From IMG/VR virus record IMGVR_UViG_3300035135_002933: a stretch of 64,000 nt of DNA, one strand, 5' to 3'. Each line of letters starts with the position of its first letter. Within the stretch, counting starts at the first letter, position 1. Below, in pieces: positions 45,023 through 54,070 of the stretch. The notes beneath the pieces are model-generated. The model searched no databases. It saw nothing but the letters and a program-made list of their open reading frames with translations, and had not been told where the DNA came from. The DNA comes from a virus. Made by a program: the position numbers and the translations under genes.

Positions 45023-45061
45023 GATAGTATGTAATTTCTCGTCTTTGTACACATGACCCAC

Positions 45062-45226
45062 ATGATTGACCCCATCCGCGAACAACGCCGCGACGACTAC
45101 CTGCAGTGGCTCTACGCCCGCAGTGGCCGCACCTGCGGCACCTACACCGGCCTCTACCAACAACGCCAGGCCGAGCTCCTCGAGGCCGACATGCAGCACG
45201 CGCAGCAAGCCCAGGCGAACACATGA
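45062..45226 (+). CDS. hypothetical protein (54 aa)
   Basis: MIDPIREQRRDDYLQWLYARSGRTCGTYTGLYQ. Confidence 0.55.
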   Translation: MIDPIREQRRDDYLQWLYARSGRTCGTYTGLYQQRQAELLEADMQHAQQAQANT

Positions 45227-45513
45227 ACTATCACGCCCTCTGCGAGGAGCTCACCGACCGCCTCTCCGAGCACGTCCCTGCCAGCGACCCCCTGCTCCGC
45301 CACGCCCGGCACATCCTTGCCACCCGCGTAGGCCGCCCCTTCGACCGTGGCGAAGGCAACCCCGCCCACGTCCTCACGCCGGATGACGTCCGGCTGATGC
45401 GCCGCCTGCGCATGGAAGGCCTCAGCTACGGCCAACTCTCCATCCGCTTTGGCATCAGCAAGCGCCAGGTGTTCCGCATCTGTGTCCGCGAGCAGTGGGC
45501 CTGGATCGACTAA
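45223..45513 (+). CDS. HTH DNA-binding protein
   Basis: LTPDDVRLMRRL..EGLSYGQLSIRFGISKRQVFRI. Confidence 0.65.
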   Translation: MNYHALCEELTDRLSEHVPASDPLLRHARHILATRVGRPFDRGEGNPAHVLTPDDVRLMRRLRMEGLSYGQLSIRFGISKRQVFRICVREQWAWID

Positions 45514-45577
45514 CCCGAGCGCGGCCTACCGGCAGCCGCACCCAATGCCGGCTTTATACGCTACACGCATAACTGCA

Positions 45578-45784
45578 ATGACAGAACGTTACTTGGTTTT
45601 CCAGATCGGTTGCATCGAGTGCGGCGTGTCCTCCTATCCCATCAAAACCTGCACCACACTCGAAGACGCCAAAAGCACAGCTGCAGCACACCCTAGCACC
45701 TGGGACACCGAGGGCGGAGACGGCTACGTCACCATCATCGATCTTCAAGAGTGCAAAACAGTAGATGGGATTCACTGCAAATGA
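45578..45784 (+). CDS. hypothetical protein
   Basis: MTERYLVFQIGCIECGV. Confidence 0.5.
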   Translation: MTERYLVFQIGCIECGVSSYPIKTCTTLEDAKSTAAAHPSTWDTEGGDGYVTIIDLQECKTVDGIHCK

Positions 45785-45868
45785 CCCCCTCCCACCTCGC
45801 CAACATCTGCGTCGCGATCATCGTTTCCTGGGCTTTCGTAGCCGTCTACCACTCCATGCACCCCACCT

Positions 45869-46045
45869 ATGACAACACCACGCATCACCTTCACCGTCCC
45901 CAAGCCGATCCACGAGAAGCTGACCGAGCTCGCACTTCTCACTGACACCAGCACTTCTGGCCTGGTGAACCGCGCCGTACGCGAGTGGCTCGAGCAGAAC
46001 TACGAGTCCCACCTAGCGTTCTATTGCAGTCGCCCATCTCGCTGA
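45869..46045 (+). CDS. ribbon-helix-helix (CopG-like) protein, 58 aa
   Basis: RITFTVPKPIHEKLTELA..TSTSGLVNRAVREWL; below the track cut-off. Confidence 0.7.
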   Translation: MTTPRITFTVPKPIHEKLTELALLTDTSTSGLVNRAVREWLEQNYESHLAFYCSRPSR

Positions 46046-46048
46046 GCC

Positions 46049-46219
46049 ATGAAGCCCTCCGAAGTGATCAGCCGCACTGACCGCGACGGCGGTTTCATCG
46101 AAACCCTGCAACCCGAGCGCGGTGAGCTCTTCTACCGCAGCTGTGCTCACGGCTACTGCCGTTATAGTAGTGATCTATGGCAAGCAGAGCTGTATTTAGA
46201 TCAGCTTGTCAAGCCGTAA
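46049..46219 (+). CDS. hypothetical protein (56 aa)
   Basis: MKPSEVISRTDRDGGFIETL..FYRSCAHGYCRYSSDLWQA. Confidence 0.55.
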   Translation: MKPSEVISRTDRDGGFIETLQPERGELFYRSCAHGYCRYSSDLWQAELYLDQLVKP

Positions 46220-46241
46220 TTAACACGCATTCCTCTATTAC

Positions 46242-46502
46242 ATGCCCGAAATCACCTCAACACCGTTTTATCGCTCTTATCTACTCAACGGCCGCCTCGT
46301 CTACCTAGACAAGCTTTCCGAACTCACTGACAACGAACTTAACCTACTCAACATCGAAACACTCGCCGCACTCAACGAAGCCCGTCACGAGTACGACGGC
46401 CTCGAGAGCAAGAACTCCGAGGACGCCGGCCCTGTCTTCCGCCGCCTGAAGATCGCTGGCTACTTCCAAGCCGCGATCAAGCTGGAACTGGAGCAGAGCT
46501 AA
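46242..46502 (+). CDS. hypothetical protein
   Basis: 86 aa helical ORF. Confidence 0.55.
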   Translation: MPEITSTPFYRSYLLNGRLVYLDKLSELTDNELNLLNIETLAALNEARHEYDGLESKNSEDAGPVFRRLKIAGYFQAAIKLELEQS

Positions 46503-46726
46503 TGACTGAACATCCAATCTCACCCCTGAATGGTCCGATGACCCAACCACCTGTAACCGAACAATTCTGCGGCAACTGCCGCTATTGGCGCGACTTAACC
46601 TGTCGGCGATTTGCACCGCAGCCGCAAAAGGCACACGTTCTTGGCCTTGCAATTGAGTGGCCCTGCACTGACCCAACCGACTGGTGCGGCGAGTGGGTGG
46701 CGCGTGACGAGGTGCGCCGTGGCTGA
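46502..46726 (+). CDS. small Cys-rich protein
   Basis: CGNCRYW..CRRFAP..WP..DWCGEW. Confidence 0.6.
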   Translation: MTEHPISPLNGPMTQPPVTEQFCGNCRYWRDLTCRRFAPQPQKAHVLGLAIEWPCTDPTDWCGEWVARDEVRRG

Positions 46727-46763
46727 GCTTTCATCTCCGGCAGTACACCTCACCCATCCACCA

Positions 46764-47066
46764 ATGGAAACCATCACTATTAACGGCGTGGAATACGCCC
46801 CTGTTAATTCCCGTCCCGCCGGCAATCGAGCTGTGATCGTCGTTGATCGCGGCTGGATCTTTGCCGGTGATGTCACCCGCGAAAACGGCCGCATCTACCT
46901 CAGCCGTGCCGTGTGGGTGTTTCGCTGGGAGTCCTGCGGATTCTCGCGGGTCATCGAAGATCCCAGCACCAGCAATGTAGACATCCGCCCAATGGCTGAT
47001 GTTGACATCCCTGAGGGCGCAGAGATTTTCTGCGTTCCTGTTCCGTCTGATTGGGGGCTGAAGTAA
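46764..47066 (+). CDS. Sm-like-fold hypothetical protein
   Basis: AVIVVDRGWIFAGDV..IYLSRAVWVFRW. Confidence 0.6.
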   Translation: METITINGVEYAPVNSRPAGNRAVIVVDRGWIFAGDVTRENGRIYLSRAVWVFRWESCGFSRVIEDPSTSNVDIRPMADVDIPEGAEIFCVPVPSDWGLK

Positions 47067-47290
47067 TGCCTATTCCAGTCGGCAATGGCTATGGCTATGG
47101 CTACGGCTACGGCTCCGGCTACGGCTACGGCGACGGCAATGGCTATGGCAATGGCTATGGCAATGGCAATGGCTATGGCAATGGCTATGGCTATGGCTAT
47201 GGCAATGGCTATGGCTATGGCTATGGCAATGGCAATGGCAATGGCAATGGCAGCGACACACCCTCACCCCATCGACTTAGAAGGCCATGA
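47066..47290 (+). CDS. Gly-Tyr/Gly-Asn repeat protein
   Basis: TAATG coupling; (GY/GN)n encoded by GGCTAT/GGCAAT hexamers. Confidence 0.55.
   Translation: MPIPVGNGYGYGYGYGSGYGYGDGNGYGNGYGNGNGYGNGYGYGYGNGYGYGYGNGNGNGNGSDTPSPHRLRRP
47081..47251. repeat. GGCWAT hexamer tandem repeat (about 28 units)
   Basis: Directly visible in the sequence. Confidence 0.95.
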
Positions 47291-47901
47291 CTGACTTCAA
47301 ACCCGTCCCACTCAACACGCTTGAAAATCGCCTTGGTGATGCCCTTGGCCTTGCCATTGCCATGATTCGCAAGCCCGAGACCATTGACAATAGGGCCATG
47401 GCCCAGATCGAAGCACCATTTAAGGAATGGTGTGATGCTCTCGTTGATGGAGGTCTACCCATGACTAAACACCCAATCACCCCGCCGCCTGAGCTGATAA
47501 TTCAGTCGTGCCAGGAAGAAGGCATCGATATAGACCTTCCATGCTGGTTTCAGCGTGTCTGCACAAAACTCGCCCAATGGGGCTACGAACAACGCGGCGC
47601 CGTCAATGAAGCCGAGCTGCAGAAAGCTCGCGACGAGGAGCTGGAGGCGTGCTGTGATGCGATCTACGAGCGCGAAGGTCAGCCACTTTGCGGTGGCACT
47701 GCTGAATGGCTCCGTACCACCAGATGGCTCCGCACCGCCAGGCGCCCCAAGCCCAAGAGCTTAAGCGAGTCGGCGCTGGAGACACTGGAGAAGGTTTCCA
47801 AGGACCCATACCCATGCACGCACCAAGACGACGCTGACTGGGATACCATCCGCCGCGCCTTGAAGCGCCTACAGGAGCTGGAGGGGCAAGCTGATGGCTA
47901 A
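47287..47901 (+). CDS. hypothetical protein (apparent fusion; C-terminal half paralogous to 48081..48479)
   Basis: Internal MTKHPITPPP; shared WGYEQRG..AELQKARDEELE-x-CC. Confidence 0.55.
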   Translation: MTDFKPVPLNTLENRLGDALGLAIAMIRKPETIDNRAMAQIEAPFKEWCDALVDGGLPMTKHPITPPPELIIQSCQEEGIDIDLPCWFQRVCTKLAQWGYEQRGAVNEAELQKARDEELEACCDAIYEREGQPLCGGTAEWLRTTRWLRTARRPKPKSLSESALETLEKVSKDPYPCTHQDDADWDTIRRALKRLQELEGQADG

Positions 47902-48088
47902 GACAACGTGGGTCATCCTGAAACAACCCTGGTTTCCGGGTGTCATAAGCCACCAAACCGCTCACATGGTGGGCTTCAGCTCCAAGAAAGAAGCCCAACG
48001 AGAATGTGACCGGCTGAAGAAAGATCCAGCCACACCCTTTACACCCTCAGCAAAGCAACTGTATTCACCCCATACAACCCATGACTGA
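47894..48088 (+). CDS. hypothetical protein
   Basis: Overlapping coupled ORF. Confidence 0.45.
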   Translation: MAKTTWVILKQPWFPGVISHQTAHMVGFSSKKEAQRECDRLKKDPATPFTPSAKQLYSPHTTHD

Positions 48089-48479
48089 CAACAACCACCC
48101 AATCACCCCACCGCAATGGCAAGTCGATGCCTGGCGCAAACAGGCGTTGGCTATGAGCGCTGATGTCGATCTGGTTCTCTTGGAGGTCGCCCGCTGGGGC
48201 TACGAACAACGCGGAGCTGACATTGAAGCCGAGCTACAAAAAGCTCGGGACGAGGAGCTGGAGGTGTGCTGCGAGTGGCTGGCATACGAGTTGCGTCACA
48301 AGGGGCAGTCACTTCAGTGGGCTGATGACCTCCGCACTGCCCGCCGCCCCAAGCCGCCGAGCTTGAAGGAGCAGGCGCTGGAGCAACTTAAAAGCCTTGA
48401 AGTAGCCTTTTTAGTCTCACATGGTGGCCACGCAATAACCGAAAGCATCCGCCGCGCTCTTGAATCCCTGCCTGATTAG
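48081..48479 (+). CDS. hypothetical protein (paralogue family)
   Basis: HPITPP..WGYEQRG..LRTARRPKPPSLKEQAL. Confidence 0.6.
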   Translation: MTDNNHPITPPQWQVDAWRKQALAMSADVDLVLLEVARWGYEQRGADIEAELQKARDEELEVCCEWLAYELRHKGQSLQWADDLRTARRPKPPSLKEQALEQLKSLEVAFLVSHGGHAITESIRRALESLPD

Positions 48480-48484
48480 TCACT

Positions 48485-48796
48485 ATGCCACGCAAAACTT
48501 ACGAGAGGCGTTGTCCTGATTGTGATTCATCAGATGTCAAAGTCAACGAAAGCCGATTTATGGCAATCGACGACACAAACAACAATGATCCACGCCGCAC
48601 GTTTGCGCATCTCCTCCCGCTAACTGATTACACCAGGCGGCGGCGGATGTGCAACGCCTGCGGGCATAGATTCACAACCGTTGAGATCAACCAGGAAGAC
48701 ATTGAGGCTATCGCACTGGAAGTAGAGCATTTGCGTGAACAGGTCAGCCGGCACAAAAGCGCAATGCAAGTGTTGCTTGATTCTCTGCGTTCTTAG
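48485..48796 (+). CDS. NrdR-like Zn-ribbon protein (no ATP cone)
   Basis: CPDC..VKVNESR..TRRRRMCNACGHRFTTVE. Confidence 0.7.
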   Translation: MPRKTYERRCPDCDSSDVKVNESRFMAIDDTNNNDPRRTFAHLLPLTDYTRRRRMCNACGHRFTTVEINQEDIEAIALEVEHLREQVSRHKSAMQVLLDSLRS

Positions 48797-48814
48797 TCTA
48801 CTTCACTAACCACC

Positions 48815-49381
48815 ATGACCAAATACAAACAACTGTGCGCTGATCTAGTTGCCTGGGCCGAAAAGACCAGTGCTCATTACTACTCTGAACCTGGAGTCCT
48901 AATACGCGCCCGCGCCGAACTGACCGAGCCCGAGCCGGAGCCGCCAACAGATGAGGAGATCATGGCGCTGATGCCGCAGCAGATGCACGAAGACTTGGCC
49001 GCTGCTGCGCGAGCCTTGGCTGAACAAGCAGGTACTGACAGCACCCGAGCCAAGGGTGTGATGCGCATCATCCTCAACCGCCACGTTGTAGATCACGCCC
49101 GCGCCATCCTTGCCCGCTGGGGCAACCATCCGGCCAATCCAGATACTTCCCCGCAGCCGATTCCGGTAAGCGAGCGCATGCCAATGGATGAGGATTGCAA
49201 TAAGGAGGGCATGTGCTGGTGGTGGCACCCAGGCCATCCCGAATCCGGCTACTCAGAAGGCTGGATGCAACGCCCCCGACAGTGGGGCTATGTCCGTTTC
49301 CGCTACGTCTCTGACGATGCCTTGGTTTGCACCCACTGGCTCCCCGCCCACGCCCTGCCGCTGCCAACAACCCATGACTGA
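48815..49381 (+). CDS. hypothetical protein
   Basis: C-terminal PIPVSERMP..THWLPAHALP. Confidence 0.55.
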   Translation: MTKYKQLCADLVAWAEKTSAHYYSEPGVLIRARAELTEPEPEPPTDEEIMALMPQQMHEDLAAAARALAEQAGTDSTRAKGVMRIILNRHVVDHARAILARWGNHPANPDTSPQPIPVSERMPMDEDCNKEGMCWWWHPGHPESGYSEGWMQRPRQWGYVRFRYVSDDALVCTHWLPAHALPLPTTHD

Positions 49382-49562
49382 ACTTTCACCCGCTGCTCAG
49401 GCTGTGCTGGATGCCTTCCGCACAAGCCACGCAGGACCGGGATGCCTTGCCGCCGCCCTGCGTGCTGCTGTGGCCTGCACAAAAGACTGTCCTGTCCGTG
49501 ACGTGTGGCAGTGCGATGCGGATGAGCTTCTCGCCATCGCCGACGAACTTGAAGCCCAGTAG
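49374..49562 (+). CDS. hypothetical protein
   Basis: MTELSPAAQAVLDAF..LAAALRA..ELLAIADELE. Confidence 0.55.
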   Translation: MTELSPAAQAVLDAFRTSHAGPGCLAAALRAAVACTKDCPVRDVWQCDADELLAIADELEAQ

Positions 49563-49579
49563 TCCATCCCGCTACACCC

Positions 49580-49918
49580 ATGACTGACCGTGAAACAGAC
49601 CAACTGATGAATGAAGCAATTAACAAACTCGCCAAACAGCGAATGGCGAATCATTCCGAGCTAGATCTTTGTTGGTGGCAAAAGGCCGCTCTTGCAAAAG
49701 TTCAGCAAAAAGCGGCAGCAATCTTTAATGCTTACTGCACACTTGCTGATCTGCGCAATCGCTCGGTCAGCGACTCCGAGATGCTGGCAGCAGCCTTGCG
49801 TGAAACAATCAACCAATGCCAAGACGGTCAAGGCATGATTTCAGCACCTGAGCTTTTGCGCATAGCAACTGAACTGGATGTTGCCGAAGATGACATTGAC
49901 TTGTTCCAAGCCCAGTAG
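49580..49918 (+). CDS. hypothetical protein (C-terminal half resembles 49374..49562)
   Basis: AAAIFNAY..LAAALRE..ELLRIATEL. Confidence 0.5.
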   Translation: MTDRETDQLMNEAINKLAKQRMANHSELDLCWWQKAALAKVQQKAAAIFNAYCTLADLRNRSVSDSEMLAAALRETINQCQDGQGMISAPELLRIATELDVAEDDIDLFQAQ

Positions 49919-49936
49919 ACCATCCCAATTCTCACC

Positions 49937-50137
49937 ATGACTGAGTACACCTTCGTCGTTACACGCCTGTCCAGAAAAGAGTGGACCGTCACGACTAGAT
50001 CAAATTCGCTTGCCGAAGCCGAGGCGCAGGTTCTTCTTAAGTCCAGGTTCGAAGGACCGCCCCCTGGCGCAGTCGAGACCGCTCTTGATTACGACGCCAC
50101 TCAAACGGATTGCATCCCTGCTCACCTTTCCGAGTAG
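49937..50137 (+). CDS. hypothetical protein
   Basis: 66 aa. Confidence 0.45.
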   Translation: MTEYTFVVTRLSRKEWTVTTRSNSLAEAEAQVLLKSRFEGPPPGAVETALDYDATQTDCIPAHLSE

Positions 50138-50158
50138 AAACATCTACCACTGCTATCA

Positions 50159-50341
50159 ATGACTATCGACGACGCCAAAGCTCACAGGGTCAACCTCGAG
50201 CGCACCCTCACCGAAGCCCTCGAGCGCTTCAACACCGAGACCGGCCTACAGGTCACCGACGTGGACGTGGTCTCCACGCAGGGCCTCGGCTGCCCGCCCC
50301 ACTACCACGTCTCCGTACAGGTCATCCTCCCCTCGTACTAA
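50159..50341 (+). CDS. hypothetical protein
   Basis: 60 aa, GC3-biased. Confidence 0.5.
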   Translation: MTIDDAKAHRVNLERTLTEALERFNTETGLQVTDVDVVSTQGLGCPPHYHVSVQVILPSY

Positions 50342-50343
50342 CC

Positions 50344-50511
50344 ATGTTCCGCGTCATCATCCACACCACCCCCGACGGCTACTACCGCTGGGAGCTCCAC
50401 GACGGCCCCGACGGTGCCTTTACCGGGGCCGGTACCGCCCCTCTCCTCGAGCGCTGCTACGAAGACATCCTTCGCGCCCGCCGCTCCATCGCCGAATCCC
50501 TCACTGCGTGA
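50344..50511 (+). CDS. hypothetical protein
   Basis: MFRVIIHTTPDGYYRWELHDGPDG. Confidence 0.5.
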   Translation: MFRVIIHTTPDGYYRWELHDGPDGAFTGAGTAPLLERCYEDILRARRSIAESLTA

Positions 50512-50996
50512 CAGTCCCCTGCCCCGAGTGCGGCAGCACCCGCACCCGCACCATCCGCACCCGCGTCCTGCGCAACGGCACCCGTCTCCGCCGCCACGAG
50601 TGCCGTAACTGCGTTCACCGCTGGAGCACCACAACCGGCCCCATCCCCGAGCGCCTCCCGCGCAAACCACCCACGCGGGTTTACAACCGCCTCAGCCTCA
50701 CCGAGAACGACGTCATCACCATCCTCGAATCCCCCGAGCGTGACGCCGACCTCGCCACCCGCTACGGCTGCAGCCGCCAGTCCATCGTCAACATCCGCCT
50801 CGGCCGCACCCTGGCCCACGTCCGCCCGGACATCCCGCGCCGCCGCTCTCAACGTGCTCCGCTTCCCGCGGACGCGCCCTTATGCACATCCTGCATGCAC
50901 TGGTCCGGCACAGACTGCGGTTTCGGCTTCCCCGAGGCCGTCACCGAACCCACCTTCGCCCTCGAGTGCTCTCAGCACCGGCGCATAACGTCATAA
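50508..50996 (+). CDS. NrdR-like Zn ribbon + HTH + Cys cluster protein
   Basis: CPECGS..RLRRHECRNCVHRWST; ADLATRYGCSRQSIVNIRLG; CTSCMHW..CGFG. Confidence 0.65.
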   Translation: MTVPCPECGSTRTRTIRTRVLRNGTRLRRHECRNCVHRWSTTTGPIPERLPRKPPTRVYNRLSLTENDVITILESPERDADLATRYGCSRQSIVNIRLGRTLAHVRPDIPRRRSQRAPLPADAPLCTSCMHWSGTDCGFGFPEAVTEPTFALECSQHRRITS

Positions 50997-51007
50997 CACT
51001 ACCGTCA

Positions 51008-51613
51008 ATGCTCCTCTCAGACACCCAGATCACCCGCCTGGCCACCGAGGCCGGCATGATCACCCCCTTCATCCCCGAGCTCGTCCGCGAGGTCGACGAC
51101 CACCGCGTGCTCAGCTTCGGCCTTTCCAGCTATGGTTACGACCTGCGCCTGAGTCCGCGCGAGTTCTACACGTTCCAGCCGCTGCGCGACGGTGACAGCG
51201 ATCACGCTGTCGTGGTGGACCCGAAACGCTTCAACCAGGCGCACCTGGCGCCGGCGCCACTCCATCACTCCCCCGAGGGTGATAGTTACTTCGTGCTGCC
51301 TGCACACAGCTATGGCCTGGGCGTTGCGTTAGAGAACCTGGCGCTGCCGCGGAACGTAACAGCGCTGTTCATAGGCAAGAGCACTTACGCCCGCTGCGGT
51401 GTAATTGCCAACCTCACACCCGGTGAAGCCGGCTGGCACGGCCATTTAACACTCGAGTTCAGCAACAGCTCCAGTGCTCCCTGCCGCATCTACACCAACG
51501 AAGGCATCGTCCAAGCTTTGTTCTTTGAAGGCACCGCCTGCTCCACTTGCTACCAGACCCGCGCTGGCAAGTATCAGGACCAACCCGAGCGCGTCATCAC
51601 CGCTCGCATCTGA
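51008..51613 (+). CDS. dcd: dCTP deaminase
   Basis: LSFGLSSYGYDLRL, GKSTYARCG, EAGWHGHLTLEFSN, IYTNEGIVQ, GKYQDQ. Confidence 0.95.
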   Translation: MLLSDTQITRLATEAGMITPFIPELVREVDDHRVLSFGLSSYGYDLRLSPREFYTFQPLRDGDSDHAVVVDPKRFNQAHLAPAPLHHSPEGDSYFVLPAHSYGLGVALENLALPRNVTALFIGKSTYARCGVIANLTPGEAGWHGHLTLEFSNSSSAPCRIYTNEGIVQALFFEGTACSTCYQTRAGKYQDQPERVITARI

Positions 51614-51645
51614 GCCCTACCCTTGGGTCGGAGCTGAAGCGTTTG

Positions 51646-51672
51646 AGCCGGGGGTGGTGTCCCGGCTTTTTT
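51646..51672 (+). terminator. rho-independent terminator closing the early operon
   Basis: AGCCGGG-N8-CCCGGCT followed by a T run. Confidence 0.8.
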
Positions 51673-51741
51673 GTGCTTGCGCCGCCCGCTACACTGCGGT
51701 ACAGACCGGTAACAATCCGTCTGCACCCGTAAGCTAAAACC

Positions 51742-52218
51742 ATGATTGCTCGCAACCCCAACATTGTTGATGGCCTGCGAGAGCGTGAACGTCTTGCAGC
51801 TGACCTCCTTGCCCGCGGTAAGACGTGCCGCGAAGTCGCAAGAGCTCTAGGTATTGCAGAGAAGACTCTCTACAACTGGCGTAAACGTCCTGCAGTACAA
51901 CGCGCGATCTACAACATGCAGCAAGAGCTGATCGACAGTAACGAGTCGCGGCACGTCGCTTTGATGCCTGAAGCCATCGCGACTCTTACAGAGATCATGA
52001 ACGACCCTAATGCAAGAGCTTCTGACCGCATTGCTGCTTCTCGCGCCCTGCTGAACGGCGCCGCCGCATACCAGGAGCGCAAGCTGCTCGAGCGCACCGT
52101 GTCAGACCTCGAATCCCAGATCTACGGCGTGCTCGAACTCAAAGCCGACACGCCCGAAACACCAGTCAGCGACACCGATCTCCTCAAGAGCGCCAATCCC
52201 GAGGACGCCACTGACTGA
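51742..52218 (+). CDS. terS: terminase small subunit
   Basis: N-terminal HTH (REVARALGIAEKTLYNW), helical oligomerisation region, coupled to terL. Confidence 0.75.
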   Translation: MIARNPNIVDGLRERERLAADLLARGKTCREVARALGIAEKTLYNWRKRPAVQRAIYNMQQELIDSNESRHVALMPEAIATLTEIMNDPNARASDRIAASRALLNGAAAYQERKLLERTVSDLESQIYGVLELKADTPETPVSDTDLLKSANPEDATD

Positions 52219-53699
52219 TGACCGCGTCCATCTCCCAGCTCCAACGCCGCGTCGACAAGCTCCGCGTCGAGCTCGCCAAGCGCAAGGCACGCTCCGCCAA
52301 CTACAACCCGGCGGTGGCCCCCACGCAGCTCCCCGGCGTAGATGACTGGCCGTCGTTCGCACGACGCACCTGGATCCGCACGTCCGGCACGGTCGCCCCG
52401 TTCGTGCCGTACCCCTACCAAGAAGCGCTCGTGCGATCGATCAACGAGCACCCGAACACGATCATCAACAAGTCGCGCCAGATGGGCGCCTCGGAGACGG
52501 TCTGCTCCTACCTCCTATGCCGTGCGCTGACCGAGCGCGGCTTCGCAGCCGTGATCTTCTCCAAGACCCAGCAGGACGCCTCTGAGCTCGGCCGCCGCGT
52601 GCGCGCCATGGCCAACAGCATCGAGGGCGAGTCGATCCGCTACCTGACGGACAGCAACACACAGATCGCCATCGAGGGCCGCGGCACGCTCTACTTCCTG
52701 CCGGCCTCACCGCGTGCAGCGCGAGGCATCCCCAGCTGCTCAGTCCTGTTCATGGACGAGGGTGCGTTCCTCGACGGAGCTGCCGAGATCTACCGCGGCG
52801 CCATGCCCACGCTCTCCATGGTGGGCGAAGACGCCAAGGTGATCGTCACCTCCACCCCAGACACCGAGCTCGACTGGTTCGGCCAGCTCTGGCACCAGGG
52901 CACCCCGGCCGACTGGTACGACTACGTGCGCCGCCGCGACATCGATGGCCTCAACGCCATGCTCGCGCAGATCGGAGACTCCTGGAACCGCGTCGCGATC
53001 CATTACTCGCAGCACCCGGTCTACAGCCGCGACCCCGACTGGGCGCAGCGCACCCGCGAATCCCGCCGCATGACGCAGGCCGCCTGGGATTCCGAGTACG
53101 AACTCGCCTTCGGTGCCACCGACACCCAGATCTACCCCTCCGCCCTGGTGCAGCGCGCGGCGCGCGGCCACCTGCGCGAGTGCGGCACCATCCACCGCAC
53201 CTACGTCATCGGCATCGACCCCAACGCCGGCGGCAACGACTACTTCGTGGCCCTGGTCCTCGACATCACGCAGAAGCCCTACGAGGTCGTCGGCCTCTAC
53301 CGCGAAAACGGCAAGAGCACCGACTACAGCCTGCGGCACGTACGCACGCTCATTGAGGACTACGCCCCTGACCGCGTGATCGTGGAGAAGCAGGCCATGG
53401 GCTCCGTCATCGCCGAAGCCCTACAGAACGTGCTGCCGAACTACGCCATCGAGCTGTTCAGCACCAGCCGCCCGAGCAAGACGGTGGCCACCGACCGAAT
53501 TTTGTATCTGCTCGAGCGCGACGAGCTGATCTTCCCGCCCGGCCCGATCGCTGACGAGCTCCGCGCCTTCCAGCAGAAGGACAGCGGCCAGCGCGAAGCC
53601 GCAAGCGGCGCTCACGACGACACTGTTATGGCGTTGTCCTTCGCTTGCTCACTGATTCCAGAGACGCCGGCGCTCGCCAGCTTCTTCGACAACATTTAG
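52218..53699 (+). CDS. terL: terminase large subunit
   Basis: KSRQMGASE Walker A, LFMDEGAF Walker B, IGIDPNAGG and HDDTVMA nuclease motifs. Confidence 0.93.
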   Translation: MTASISQLQRRVDKLRVELAKRKARSANYNPAVAPTQLPGVDDWPSFARRTWIRTSGTVAPFVPYPYQEALVRSINEHPNTIINKSRQMGASETVCSYLLCRALTERGFAAVIFSKTQQDASELGRRVRAMANSIEGESIRYLTDSNTQIAIEGRGTLYFLPASPRAARGIPSCSVLFMDEGAFLDGAAEIYRGAMPTLSMVGEDAKVIVTSTPDTELDWFGQLWHQGTPADWYDYVRRRDIDGLNAMLAQIGDSWNRVAIHYSQHPVYSRDPDWAQRTRESRRMTQAAWDSEYELAFGATDTQIYPSALVQRAARGHLRECGTIHRTYVIGIDPNAGGNDYFVALVLDITQKPYEVVGLYRENGKSTDYSLRHVRTLIEDYAPDRVIVEKQAMGSVIAEALQNVLPNYAIELFSTSRPSKTVATDRILYLLERDELIFPPGPIADELRAFQQKDSGQREAASGAHDDTVMALSFACSLIPETPALASFFDNI

Positions 53700-54019
53700 G
53701 CAGCAGCGCTCCAGGCCTGTTCCAACCAGCCGAGAATCGCAGCCTCCCGCCGCGGGCACCACCAGCTCTGTTGCCGGAACCAGCTCAGCCAGTCCAGCGT
53801 GCTGCCCTTCGCGCGGTTACATGCTGCGCAACAGCAGATCAGATTTGTTCGGTCCGTCCGTCCTCCCCGAGAACGGGGCCTGACGTGGTCCAGCGTGTCC
53901 CCTGGCCGGCCGCAATAAGCGCAAAGGCACCCCCAGCTATTGAGGATGCCTTGGCGAAATTGCTGTTTGGCTTGCCGTTTGGTCAGGAGACGTGTGCCAT
54001 CGATCCTGTGATCGACCAT
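53696..54019 (-). CDS. HNH endonuclease (McrA-like)
   Basis: CAYCG..TLDHVRPRSRGG..NLICCCAACNRAKG. Confidence 0.88.
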   Translation of the reverse strand: MVDHRIDGTRLLTKRQAKQQFRQGILNSWGCLCAYCGRPGDTLDHVRPRSRGGRTDRTNLICCCAACNRAKGSTLDWLSWFRQQSWWCPRREAAILGWLEQAWSAAA

Positions 54020-54070
54020 GCCCCAAAGGCGGCTACCCCAGGGTAAGGAGCGCACCCGCGCGGAAACGCA

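Noticed and set aside
47070-47294. Poly-MA and poly-HC ORFs in other frames
   Set aside because: Alternative-frame artefacts of the GGCWAT repeat
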